A model generated the notes under the pieces. That model was not told where the DNA came from, did not search any database, and worked only from the letters and a program-made list of their open reading frames with translations. A stretch of 31,620 bases of DNA from positions 1-31,620 of the forward strand of contig JBBSVN010000020.1 in assembly GCA_038046765.1 (NCBI GenBank), written 5' to 3'. The position numbers and the translations under genes are program-made. This document shows positions 8,279-17,541 of this stretch, one piece after another (position 1 is the stretch's first letter; every line of letters starts with the position of its first letter). The stretch is from Candidatus Micrarchaeota archaeon (GTDB lineage Archaea; Micrarchaeota; Micrarchaeia; Anstonellales; Bilamarchaeaceae).

Positions 8279-9097
8279 TTATGCTATTTTTTGGTTATTG
8301 CTTTTTCGGTATAGCATATAAACTCCTGCCAAATAACTCATATATCCGATAACCTGTAAATCGCTTGGTCCAGTATCATAACCAAATAATTCCTTAAGTA
8401 CGCCTCCGATCACGCCTTTTTCACCTAAAATATCTGTTTTAGCAAAAGGGAGTGTGTAAACTTTTTCTGCAAATATTATTGGAAGAATTTTCGCTTCCTG
8501 CAATTCGTGAAGTCCTTGAGAAAATAATCCTGCTGCTAGTAAAATCAAAATCACTGTTGTTACTTTGAAAAACTTATTTATATCTACTTTTACTGCATAT
8601 TCAAAAATTAAGATACCCAAAACCACTGCAGCTACAATGCCTAGAAATCCACCAAATAAAGAGAGTCCACCTGTACTTACATATATTCCAGACATAAAAA
8701 GAACTGCTTCAATTCCCTCTCTTAAGACTGAAATAAATGCGAGAACAAATAATCCATGCATCTGTTTTTTATCGATTTTAGTCTGAACGTCTTTTTCAAG
8801 CTTTTGTACAAATCTCCTTTGATTTATCATCCAAAGTATGAACCAGGTTACAAGACCTGCCGTAATTACCATGAAGAATCCTTCAAATAATTCTTCGTTT
8901 GCCGCAAATCCGCCTTTTACAAAGCTAAATCCGTATGCCAATGCGATGCTGGATATAATACCTAAAGCTGCACCAATCCATATATGTTTTTCTGCGTGTT
9001 GGTTTTTTGTTTTATGTAAATATGCAAGCATTATTCCTATTATGAATGCAATTTCTAAACTTTCCCGAAACATTACGATAAATTCTGGAAGTGCCAT
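8279..9097 (-). CDS. FTR1-family high-affinity iron permease
   Basis: Two RExxE motifs (FRESLE, LREGIE), about 7 TM helices, and GLHELQEA. Confidence 0.93.
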   Translation of the reverse strand: MALPEFIVMFRESLEIAFIIGIMLAYLHKTKNQHAEKHIWIGAALGIISSIALAYGFSFVKGGFAANEELFEGFFMVITAGLVTWFILWMINQRRFVQKLEKDVQTKIDKKQMHGLFVLAFISVLREGIEAVLFMSGIYVSTGGLSLFGGFLGIVAAVVLGILIFEYAVKVDINKFFKVTTVILILLAAGLFSQGLHELQEAKILPIIFAEKVYTLPFAKTDILGEKGVIGGVLKELFGYDTGPSDLQVIGYMSYLAGVYMLYRKSNNQKIA

Positions 9098-9123
9098 ATA
9101 TTTCCTCTCTTAAACTGTGTATG

Positions 9124-9137
9124 TTAGGCTAACCTAA
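9124..9137. promoter_or_regulatory. DtxR/IdeR/MntR-type operator upstream of the FTR1 gene
   Basis: Palindrome TTAGG-CTAA-CCTAA resembles known DtxR-family boxes. Confidence 0.8.
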
Positions 9138-9178
9138 TTTAGTTGTGATTTTTAATTTGGTTAAAAAGGTTTAAAAAG

Positions 9179-9192
9179 TTAGGTGTACCTAA
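9179..9192. promoter_or_regulatory. DtxR-type operator downstream of the regulator's own TATA box
   Basis: TTAGG-TGTA-CCTAA directly follows TTTAAAAA (9170-9177). Confidence 0.8.
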
Positions 9193-9206
9193 ATTATTTG
9201 ATAAAC

Positions 9207-9650
9207 ATGGATAAAAAATCTTTGAACGCCTATCTGCGTATTATTTATGAGCTTGAAGAATCAGAAAAAAATATTGCTGTAAAATCCATTTCTACTTCAT
9301 TAAAAATTAAACCAGCTAGCGTAAGTGAAATGCTAAATAAACTTTCAAAAGAGGGCTACATTGTACACGCGCCCTACAAAAAAATTATTCTAACCGATAA
9401 AGGTAAAAAGGAAGGTCAATTAATTGCAAGAAGATATCGTTTATTGCAGGATTTTTTATTTCGAATTTTAAAAATTAATGAAAGTAAAATAAACGAACAG
9501 GCCGCACAAATGGAATCCTCCTTAAGTACTGAAGCTGAAATTGAACTTTGCAGATTTCTCGATAGGCCAATGCTTGACCCCTTAAATAACAAACCAATCA
9601 GTCACTGTGAACAAAAATTAACCTGTGCAAAATGTCTGTGTAAAAAGTAG
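9207..9650 (+). CDS. DtxR/MntR-family metal-dependent transcriptional regulator
   Basis: YLRIIY, KPASVSEMLNKL, LTDKG wHTH plus dimerisation helices. Divergent from FTR1. ATG 9207 is preferred over GTG 9183, which lies inside the operator. Confidence 0.88.
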   Translation: MDKKSLNAYLRIIYELEESEKNIAVKSISTSLKIKPASVSEMLNKLSKEGYIVHAPYKKIILTDKGKKEGQLIARRYRLLQDFLFRILKINESKINEQAAQMESSLSTEAEIELCRFLDRPMLDPLNNKPISHCEQKLTCAKCLCKK

Positions 9651-9654
9651 CTTG

Positions 9655-10239
9655 CTAGCTTATATTCAAATTCACCTTTGGTGCGTTTGCAACTTCTGGT
9701 GTACTTACCTGGAAGAATTGTTTTTCTTTAAATCCATTCATATTCGCAACAAAGTTTGAGGGTATTGTTTTTACTTTTGTATTCCATATCGACACTTGAT
9801 CATTGTATCTTTTTCGCTCTACAGAAATTCTATTTTCTGTACCAGATAATTCATCCATGAGTGCTAAAAAAGTCTGGTCTGATTTTAATTGAGGGTAGTT
9901 TTCAACGATTACTAAAAGTCTTGCGAGTGATCCTTCTAATTCACTTGCTGCTCCTGCCTTTTCATCGATGCTTTTAGCTCCTGCATATTTACTTCTGGCA
10001 TTGGCAATATCAGAATATACTTTTTGTTCCTGCTTTGCAAATGCTTGTACGCTGTTAACTAAATTCGGTATAAGGTCGTATCTTCTTTGGTATTGCACTT
10101 CAACTTGCGCCCATTGACTTTTTACGCTTTGGTCTGAAGATATAAAATCATTATATGTAGTGGTGTACCAAAGAACTCCAATTAATCCTAAAACAAATAT
10201 AATTCCAAGCATTCCTAAAATAATATATTTTGAATTCAT
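9655..10239 (-). CDS. lemA: LemA family protein
   Basis: N-terminal TM, QYQRRYDLIPNLV, ENYPQLKS, TENRISVERKRYN. Confidence 0.95.
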   Translation of the reverse strand: MNSKYIILGMLGIIFVLGLIGVLWYTTTYNDFISSDQSVKSQWAQVEVQYQRRYDLIPNLVNSVQAFAKQEQKVYSDIANARSKYAGAKSIDEKAGAASELEGSLARLLVIVENYPQLKSDQTFLALMDELSGTENRISVERKRYNDQVSIWNTKVKTIPSNFVANMNGFKEKQFFQVSTPEVANAPKVNLNIS

Positions 10240-10290
10240 AATTAATCATCTTGTTTTATGTTTAAAAACCTGGCTTTAACTATTGTCATG

Positions 10291-11013
10291 TTACCATTTT
10301 CCGCTCGAGCCTCCGCCCCCGCTTGATCCGCCCCCAAATCCTCCGAAACTTCCACCGCTGGATCTGCCACTTCCCCAATTAGATCCGCTCCCATAGTAGC
10401 CTCCACCCATATGGCTTCCTCTTCTTCCGCCTGCGCTCGCAATTACTATGATTAAGAAAAAAATAATAAAAATTACTAAACAAATTGTATCTATCGGAAT
10501 CTCTGTTGTTGAAAAAGAAAAATCGTTTGAGTCATTTATCGTACCATCTAAATATTTATTTATTTCATTTATCGCATTCCTTATTCCTTTTGCATACTCT
10601 TGCCGCTTAAATGCTGGCGCCATAATCTCGCGTATTATCCTTCCAGCGCGTGCGTCAGTAATCTGCGATTCTAAGCCATAACCAACTTCAATTCTCATTT
10701 CTCGGTCTTCTATTGAAATTAAAATTAGTAATCCATTATCTTTTGCTTTTTTTCCAATCTTCCAGGTGTTAAAAACCTTTTCTGCATAAGTTTCGATTGT
10801 TTCATCTTCTAAATTTGGAATTATTAAAACCGCAATTTCATTTGTTGTATTTTTTTGAATATTTACAATCATCGAAGTAATCTCTGCCTTTTCCTGTATC
10901 GTTAAGATGTTTGCATTATCGACTACGTATCCGGTAGCTGGGGGCACTGCTAATGCAGATGAAAAACCCGCAACAAGGATTAAAAATAATAAAATTAGTT
11001 TTAGTTTGTCCAA
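10291..11013 (-). CDS. TPM-domain (YgcG/DUF477) membrane protein
   Basis: Signal peptide, VVDNANIL, DNGLLILI, RIEVGYGLE, TM and Gly-rich tail GGFGGGSSGGGG. Canonical lemA neighbour. Confidence 0.93.
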   Translation of the reverse strand: MDKLKLILLFLILVAGFSSALAVPPATGYVVDNANILTIQEKAEITSMIVNIQKNTTNEIAVLIIPNLEDETIETYAEKVFNTWKIGKKAKDNGLLILISIEDREMRIEVGYGLESQITDARAGRIIREIMAPAFKRQEYAKGIRNAINEINKYLDGTINDSNDFSFSTTEIPIDTICLVIFIIFFLIIVIASAGGRRGSHMGGGYYGSGSNWGSGRSSGGSFGGFGGGSSGGGGSSGKW

Positions 11014-11015
11014 AC

Positions 11016-11366
11016 TTAACGCCTGTTCTTATTATTCTTATTATTATTAATATTTTTTCTGTTATTTTCAATTTTAATTTTGCGTTCTATCAAATAGTCT
11101 TCTTCTTCTCTTATAAATGCATAAACCAACATTTTAATCAGAATAAATCCGATAATCCCTCCGGCAGGTATTCCGAAATAATATGGATCTGGGGTTTTGA
11201 AAATATACTTGTTAGGCGGAAAGATTGTATTTCCTGGATAAAAACTCCAGTGTATATCAAAAATAAATATTGCGATCGCGCTTACTGCCATTGCAACTAC
11301 AAAGAATATTATGTCTGCGATAATTTCATTTTTGCTTATACGTAATCTTTTTAAAAAATTCATCAT
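11016..11366 (-). CDS. Hypothetical 2-TM membrane protein, first gene of the TPM-lemA unit
   Basis: Two hydrophobic helices; ends 2 nt before the TPM gene. Confidence 0.75.
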   Translation of the reverse strand: MMNFLKRLRISKNEIIADIIFFVVAMAVSAIAIFIFDIHWSFYPGNTIFPPNKYIFKTPDPYYFGIPAGGIIGFILIKMLVYAFIREEEDYLIERKIKIENNRKNINNNKNNKNRR

Positions 11367-11495
11367 AAAAATTAGATTACGTTAAAATTTATTAATCCTG
11401 TTCATGTTGTTTGTTTATTAAATACACTAAACGACACCTTTTTAAACAGTTGTGTAGTAATAAATGTATAAATAAATGTAAACTTAGTGGTTATT

Positions 11496-12476
11496 ATGGC
11501 ACTTACAGAAGTACAAAGAAAAAATTCGGAGGTCGTTCGTCCACAGCTCTATTCGAAGCTCTATGGTTCTGCTAGAAGAACTGTTTTGGAACCTTTAGTT
11601 TCAACTAAAGCAGACGTTGTTACAGCACCATCTATAATTCCGGTGAGAGTTTCTAACCCCAATCTTTATTCATATCTTAGAGGCTCAGCAAGAAAAGAAC
11701 AATCTAGATATAATCGTTTAGTTGAATCTATAAGCGAGTCATTTCCTATAAGAACAGAAGATGGAGAATATTTACCGACGTTTAATCGAATGCTTTCAGT
11801 TTTACCAGCTTTAAAAGTAGACGGGAGTTATTCACCTACATTTAGAAGAGTGATTGCTTATTTTGTAAGATTAATCGAAGCAAGAAGAGCATTAAAAATG
11901 CAACAAGAAGCTATCGAACAAGAACGACAAGATCGTTTATATTTGACTCATTTAAGATACAGTGTAATTCATGGGAGAGCTAGGTTTGCCTTAGATGACG
12001 TTGAAAGAATAAATCAGATTTGTATTGCGCAAAAATCCGATCAGGCATTAGATCTCTTGAACTTTGCTCTTTTATTTGGCTCTAGAGACTTGACATTAGA
12101 TATTGCTACAGCCATATTGACAATTTCTGATGTTATGCCAGTTTCGACTTCTTTGCTAGCATTAAACCGAATTATGCTTTCAATTGATGACTATCATCTT
12201 GCAACGCCTTTATATGAATTATATAAACAGATATCTGAAAAAACACCTGTATTTAGTTCTAAACATACACTCTCTAAAATTGCGAGTTTAACTGGAGAAT
12301 CATATGACTCAATATCAGCGGATATAGATGCTGCAATTGCAAAACTTGATGGATGGGACGGATTAGAAGATGCTGGGTTTACTTCTCCCGTGTTGGGATC
12401 AGTTGATCGCGTATCTATGGCATTTGACAAAGTCAAACAAAGCAGATGGGAACAAGATCACCTGGCAAGTGCTTAA
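11496..12476 (+). CDS. Hypothetical protein with internal repeats
   Basis: Long ORF with no recognised family. ATG at 11496, alternative GTG at 11487. Confidence 0.75.
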   Translation: MALTEVQRKNSEVVRPQLYSKLYGSARRTVLEPLVSTKADVVTAPSIIPVRVSNPNLYSYLRGSARKEQSRYNRLVESISESFPIRTEDGEYLPTFNRMLSVLPALKVDGSYSPTFRRVIAYFVRLIEARRALKMQQEAIEQERQDRLYLTHLRYSVIHGRARFALDDVERINQICIAQKSDQALDLLNFALLFGSRDLTLDIATAILTISDVMPVSTSLLALNRIMLSIDDYHLATPLYELYKQISEKTPVFSSKHTLSKIASLTGESYDSISADIDAAIAKLDGWDGLEDAGFTSPVLGSVDRVSMAFDKVKQSRWEQDHLASA

Positions 12477-12591
12477 TTTTCTTTATTTTTTTAACTTTGC
12501 CACAATCTTGCGTAAAAGCAAACATTTAAATATATGTTTTACACAATAATACATATAATAATACTCTAAAAACAAAACATCGGTGGTATCT

Positions 12592-15500
12592 ATGGTTGAA
12601 CTTCATGCAACAAGTCCGAAAATAGCTTTACATATTCCAGTTAATGGAAATAATGGTAGAAATGGTTTTGATTCAAAAACACCAAGTAAACCAACAAGAA
12701 TGGTTAGTGCTAGTGAAGCCGTTGCAATTCTTGAAAGATTATTAAGATCAGATAAAAAATCTGTAGAAGGAGTTGTTCAAGAAGCAAGAGAAACTTTAGT
12801 TGGTAGCAAATATGGAACAACCGCTGCTGCTTTTGTAAATGGTAATGTTTCTAATTTAAACGTAAGTGAAACAACAAATCCCGCTGTATTATCAGTTTTA
12901 TCCGAAATTTTATCTTCTTCTGAAAATGGAGTAAACTCAAGAGAAGATGTTACAAAAGCCAAAGCAACGTTGGCTCGTTTATCTGATGTCGGACCTATGA
13001 TCGAGTTTGAACAACTTTTTGCTGGTTTAGATGAAAGGTCAGAAATTTTAGAAGAACTAAAATCTATCCTTGCTACATCATTTGGTAAGGGTATTACTCA
13101 AAGTCAATATTCTGTTTATGCTGAACAAATTGATGAATTAAAAACTAGACTCTTTGAACTAGATACGGGAATCGTAGCAGAACTACAAACGATGCAAAGG
13201 CCTGCTCTTTTATTAGAAATAGACGGTATTAATGAAAAATTAAAAGATGATAAGTTATCTATTTTAGAGTATGGTGAATATCTTAATTCAAGATTATTAT
13301 TACAGAAAAAACTTGCACTTTTAGATCAAAGGCTTAAAGAAGCCAGAGTAGAAACAGAAGAAGTCAAGGAGCAACCTAAAGTTGCAGAGCGAGTACTAGA
13401 AAATATAAACGACTTGACAGTAAGAAGTGCATTAAGTAACGGATATATATCTGTTCAACAAGCACAAGAATTTCAAACTAGACTAGACTCTGCAGAAGAA
13501 CAAAGAATTACTGCTTACGATTCAAGTGGTTTTGTTGCGATTTATTCTGAATTAGCAGCATTAGAAAGACAGGCAAAAGAAGGTAAACGTGAAGTTGCTA
13601 AAGTTCCACAGCCAATTGCTGCGAAAGCACAAGTACCCACACCGGCAGCAGTAGCTCCAGCTTCAGAAGCTAAATCAGGTTCGATTTCAGAAATTCAACC
13701 AGGAATATTTGGACAAGTTGCACGTGCTCCTTTAGAAGTTGGTGTACCAGCTCGTGAAGTTGCACGCTCAGTTGCAGTACCAAGTACGCCAGCAGAAGCA
13801 CCTGCACAAGTTGACCCTGAATTATCTGCTAAACGAAGCGCATTTTTAAGTGCTACTCAAAGAATAGCGGAAGTTAGATCTGCAGAAGAATCTTTAGCAA
13901 ATGTTAGAGCAAGAATTATGGAACTTCCGGAAGATTTACGTACCGAACTTTCGGCTCAAAATGTAACTTTTGGTTCGGATGGTTTAACTGCACCATTCTC
14001 AGCAGTTTTTGAAGCTTTATCTAGTATGGATTTAAGAAATACCTCTGATTTAACTTCATTTAAATCTTCAGTGTCTGCACTAAACATAGCAATTTCTAAC
14101 TATGAAACTAAATTGGCTAACAAGAAAATCGCAGAACAAGGGGTTTCAGAAGAAACTATTTTATCTGTATTGCAAACTAATCTTGATCAACAAAAAGAAT
14201 TGGCTAGTATTTCAACTAGGGATATAAAAAGTCATGGTGCCGTAGTTTCCTTGCTAGATCAAGCTGGCAAGGCATATACTAAAGGTGACATAAAGCTCGC
14301 TTTGCAATTACAAAGAAAAGTTGCAACCGAGATTCAAACTCTTAAGCAGGATACTCAAGTTATGATGCCAAGTGAATACTATCTAGTTAAACGAGAATTA
14401 AAACAGTTTGGCAAGTCAGCTCGAACTATGGATGTTGATGAGTTCAGTCTCTACTCTGGAGCAAAAATATTATCGAAGCAGGCTTATGATCAGGCTAAAG
14501 TAGGAGATGCTAACGGAATGCAAGAGAAGATGGGTAAATTAGTTTTTGCAATGGCAGACCTAAGACAAAAACTTGGTGTGGTTTCACCAGCTAGTACAGT
14601 TGCAGCTGCTACAAGCGAACCAGCACAAGAAAAACGTTATCAATTAGTTTCAACTTTAATAGCGGGGATATCCGGTTCAACTTTAGATTTGGATACAAAA
14701 ACGAATTTACTTGAACGAGTAGATAGTACATATACTTTACAAAGAAAAGAAGCAATTGTAGCATTAAAACAAATTCGAGACGAATTAGATGCATTAAAAA
14801 CTGCGGCACAACCTAGCGCAACAGAATCTCGAACTGCAACAGTTCCTGGAATAGGCGCAGTTGGCGCAACAGCTCCAGGACATCTTACTCCAGAAGAAGT
14901 TGATGCACTCATGCAAGCAGTTCGTGATGGAGCAGTTCAATCTGCAGCAACATCTACTCCAGTTGAAACAGTGGGCGAAAGATACGCAAGGTTAAACGAA
15001 GCTTCAAAAGATAAATCTCTTCCAGAATCGTTAAAAGGAGAAATAATCGAAAAATTAAATCGAGCCTTAATAGTTCCTAAAGATGAGGCACCTGCAATAC
15101 TAGATGAAGTAGAAGCATTACTTGCTAAAACAAGAGTAGCCGGAACAATTGAATCAGCTCAAGCAGAATCAAAAACTGCGAGAATTCTTAGGTTAGCAAC
15201 AGAAGTTGAACTTGATACGACTTTAAGACCAGACCAAAGATCTCATCTAAAGGAAAGATTAAGAGATGCAAATTCTAATGCTACAACTCCAAACGAGTCA
15301 AAGCAAATTCTTGATGAAGTTGAAGAAATACTTAGACCACCCGCAACCCCACCATCTCGAGTAGTTGTTGCTGGATCAATGCGACCTGTCGCACGCGTAC
15401 CACCACCAGTAAGTGTTTCAGAAACAATGCAACATGCCGCAAGCGTAGGAGGAACTCCTGTTGTAACTACACAAGCAGAATCATTCCAAGACAGACACGA

Positions 15501-16416
15501 TCGATTACGCGCAGTAATTATCGCATGCAGAGATGGTGAATCGCTTGAAGCCGGTGTAAGGTTAGGTTCTTCAAGATCAAACCATCTTCTAGCAGACTTA
15601 AGACGAGCTTCGGAGCAACAAAGATTTAATGCGACAGATCAGGCAAAGCGATTGCTAGAATCTGTAGAAACTAGTCTTACTCCAAGACAACTTGCTGTTT
15701 TAAGTACAAGATCAGGTGCGACTAGGCCAACAGCTTCAGTAGCTACACCAGCTCCAAGAACTAGAGCGCGAGTATCCATTCCTGCAGTATCTGTAGCACC
15801 ACCAGCACCAAGAACAAGAGTAGCTACACCAACTTCAACACCCACAGTAGATCCACTCGCAACAAGAGGAGGAGTAATTGGAAGTACTGGTCCAGCTCCA
15901 CGAGCTAGAAACCCTACACCTGTTTCAACTCCAAGTGCAGCAACAATGCTAACTCCATTAACTTCGGGCGTTAAGGAATCAAAACTTAAAAAATTATATC
16001 GAACAAAACTAAAACAACCTCTAAAAACTTTCGCTAAAGTTGCAGCACTAGTAGTTGGTGTAAACTTAGTTGGGTTTGGGGGTTTATATGGGTACCAAGC
16101 GATTAAGACCAGGATTTCAAGTCCGTTTGCATCAGCAGTAACCCGATCTGATTCCGTTGTCAAAAATAATAACGTTAAACCAGAGCAAAAAAAGCCCGAA
16201 GATAAAAAAGAAGTCAAAGTCGAAGATAAAAAGCCGGTAAAAAAAGCAGTTGGTGTTAAAGGTACTGTTGTTGATACGCCAAAGAAAACTCAGGCGAAAA
16301 AAGACGATGGAAAAAGAGCCGAAGTAGGAGCAAAAGAAACTACTAATCCAATTGCAAAAGGAACCTACAAAGGCAAGAAAATTGCAATAAATGATGTTCG
16401 TGCAACTCTAAAATAA
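12592..16416 (+). CDS. Large (about 1275 aa) helical, Pro/Ala/Thr-rich protein with a C-terminal TM anchor
   Basis: 3.8-kb ORF of helical modules joined by low-complexity linkers, TM VAALVVGVNLVGFGGLYGY and a Lys-rich tail. Alternative GTG at 12583. Confidence 0.85.
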   Translation: MVELHATSPKIALHIPVNGNNGRNGFDSKTPSKPTRMVSASEAVAILERLLRSDKKSVEGVVQEARETLVGSKYGTTAAAFVNGNVSNLNVSETTNPAVLSVLSEILSSSENGVNSREDVTKAKATLARLSDVGPMIEFEQLFAGLDERSEILEELKSILATSFGKGITQSQYSVYAEQIDELKTRLFELDTGIVAELQTMQRPALLLEIDGINEKLKDDKLSILEYGEYLNSRLLLQKKLALLDQRLKEARVETEEVKEQPKVAERVLENINDLTVRSALSNGYISVQQAQEFQTRLDSAEEQRITAYDSSGFVAIYSELAALERQAKEGKREVAKVPQPIAAKAQVPTPAAVAPASEAKSGSISEIQPGIFGQVARAPLEVGVPAREVARSVAVPSTPAEAPAQVDPELSAKRSAFLSATQRIAEVRSAEESLANVRARIMELPEDLRTELSAQNVTFGSDGLTAPFSAVFEALSSMDLRNTSDLTSFKSSVSALNIAISNYETKLANKKIAEQGVSEETILSVLQTNLDQQKELASISTRDIKSHGAVVSLLDQAGKAYTKGDIKLALQLQRKVATEIQTLKQDTQVMMPSEYYLVKRELKQFGKSARTMDVDEFSLYSGAKILSKQAYDQAKVGDANGMQEKMGKLVFAMADLRQKLGVVSPASTVAAATSEPAQEKRYQLVSTLIAGISGSTLDLDTKTNLLERVDSTYTLQRKEAIVALKQIRDELDALKTAAQPSATESRTATVPGIGAVGATAPGHLTPEEVDALMQAVRDGAVQSAATSTPVETVGERYARLNEASKDKSLPESLKGEIIEKLNRALIVPKDEAPAILDEVEALLAKTRVAGTIESAQAESKTARILRLATEVELDTTLRPDQRSHLKERLRDANSNATTPNESKQILDEVEEILRPPATPPSRVVVAGSMRPVARVPPPVSVSETMQHAASVGGTPVVTTQAESFQDRHDRLRAVIIACRDGESLEAGVRLGSSRSNHLLADLRRASEQQRFNATDQAKRLLESVETSLTPRQLAVLSTRSGATRPTASVATPAPRTRARVSIPAVSVAPPAPRTRVATPTSTPTVDPLATRGGVIGSTGPAPRARNPTPVSTPSAATMLTPLTSGVKESKLKKLYRTKLKQPLKTFAKVAALVVGVNLVGFGGLYGYQAIKTRISSPFASAVTRSDSVVKNNNVKPEQKKPEDKKEVKVEDKKPVKKAVGVKGTVVDTPKKTQAKKDDGKRAEVGAKETTNPIAKGTYKGKKIAINDVRATLK

Positions 16417-16422
16417 TTTTTT

Positions 16423-16578
16423 ATTTTTAAAATCGTATTTTAAAAATGTCGCGACGAATCGTCGTCGCGAACATGATCGAGATGTCACGGAGAATCGTCT
16501 TTTAGAGAAGAAACGTCTTCTCTAGCATGCTCGAGAAGCGTACTCGTCTTCTCGACAGCTAGTGGCATTAGCCACTGG
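16423..16578. repeat. Intergenic array of related palindromes or hairpins
   Basis: Stems at 16423-16447, 16449-16470, 16503-16524, 16531-16555 and 16559-16578, between convergent genes. Confidence 0.85.
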
Positions 16579-16603
16579 ATTTTTCTTTAGTTAACGCTTT
16601 TTT

Positions 16604-17488
16604 TTACTTCTTAAGTTCTACTTTTAATTTTTCAATTAATTCTAATCCAATACGCGCTTGAGCTTCTTTTGTACTAGCCCCTAAATGGGGCGTAAAACAT
16701 ACATTTTCTAATTCAAGTAATTTTCCCGTATATGGTTCTTTTTTATAAACATCTAGCGTAGCACCCGCAATCTTTTTACTTTTGCAAGCATCATAAAGCG
16801 CGTCTTCATCGATTACTTCGCCACGTGATGTGTTAACAATAAATACTCCATTTTTCATTTTCGCTATATTTTCTTTACCAATTAAATCTCGAGTTTGATC
16901 AGTTAATGCTACATGGAGCGTAATTACATCTGCGCTCTTAAACAAAGTATCTAAATCAACGAACTTTACGTTTGGTAATTGACGAGGACTAGGATCAAAT
17001 GCTAAAATCGGCATTCCTAATGCATGTGCTTTTTCGCCTACCATACTACCAATTCTACCATATCCGATTACGCCTAATGTTTTACCCGATATTTCATTTC
17101 CAATAAGGTTTTGCTTATCCCAAATTTTGTTTTTCATTTGTAAGTGAGCGCGCGGAATATTTCGAAGCATAGATATCATTAAACCAATTACAAGTTCAGC
17201 AACCGCATTTCCGCTAGAGAGTGGTGTATTCATTACCTTTATTCCCTTTGCTTCGCAGGATTTTACATCGACATTATCTAAACCTACTCCAGCCCGGGCA
17301 ACAATTTTAAGCGAACTAGCGTCTTTTATCAAATCGGCTGTTACTTTTGTAGAGCTTCGAACAATGAGTACATTCGCATAGTGCAATTCACTAGATAAGT
17401 TTGCAGGTTTATAAACAACAGTTCCAAGTTTTCTTATTTCTTCTACAACTTCGCTTTCCATACTCTCAGCTATAACTATTTTAGTCAT
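16604..17488 (-). CDS. serA: D-isomer-specific 2-hydroxyacid dehydrogenase (short SerA-like, no ACT domain)
   Basis: ARAGVGLDNVD, GVIGYGRIG, VNTSRG, DVYKKEP, TPHLGAST. GAGGCGA SD upstream. Substrate specificity is not proven. Confidence 0.75.
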   Translation of the reverse strand: MTKIVIAESMESEVVEEIRKLGTVVYKPANLSSELHYANVLIVRSSTKVTADLIKDASSLKIVARAGVGLDNVDVKSCEAKGIKVMNTPLSSGNAVAELVIGLMISMLRNIPRAHLQMKNKIWDKQNLIGNEISGKTLGVIGYGRIGSMVGEKAHALGMPILAFDPSPRQLPNVKFVDLDTLFKSADVITLHVALTDQTRDLIGKENIAKMKNGVFIVNTSRGEVIDEDALYDACKSKKIAGATLDVYKKEPYTGKLLELENVCFTPHLGASTKEAQARIGLELIEKLKVELKK

Positions 17489-17541
17489 TGGTCATCGCCT
17501 CATTGTAATATACTATCTAAGTTTATTATAAAAAGAAGATT

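Noticed and set aside
10242..10442. 66-aa alternative-frame ORF and GC-rich stretch
   Set aside because: Explained by the Gly-rich tail of the TPM protein.
11459..11480. AATAAATGTA direct repeat with a 12-bp period upstream of the 11496 gene
   Set aside because: Very AT-rich, so plausibly chance or slippage.
15639..16217. 192-aa antisense ORF, and similar shadow ORFs such as 3996-4427, 10953-11345, 21190-21702 and 26120-26461
   Set aside because: They lie opposite well-supported genes, mirror their codon bias and show no motifs.
16423..16578. CRISPR array or tRNA in the hairpin region
   Set aside because: The units are not identical repeats with unique spacers of constant length, there are no cas genes, and no T-loop (GTTCRA) or cloverleaf is visible.
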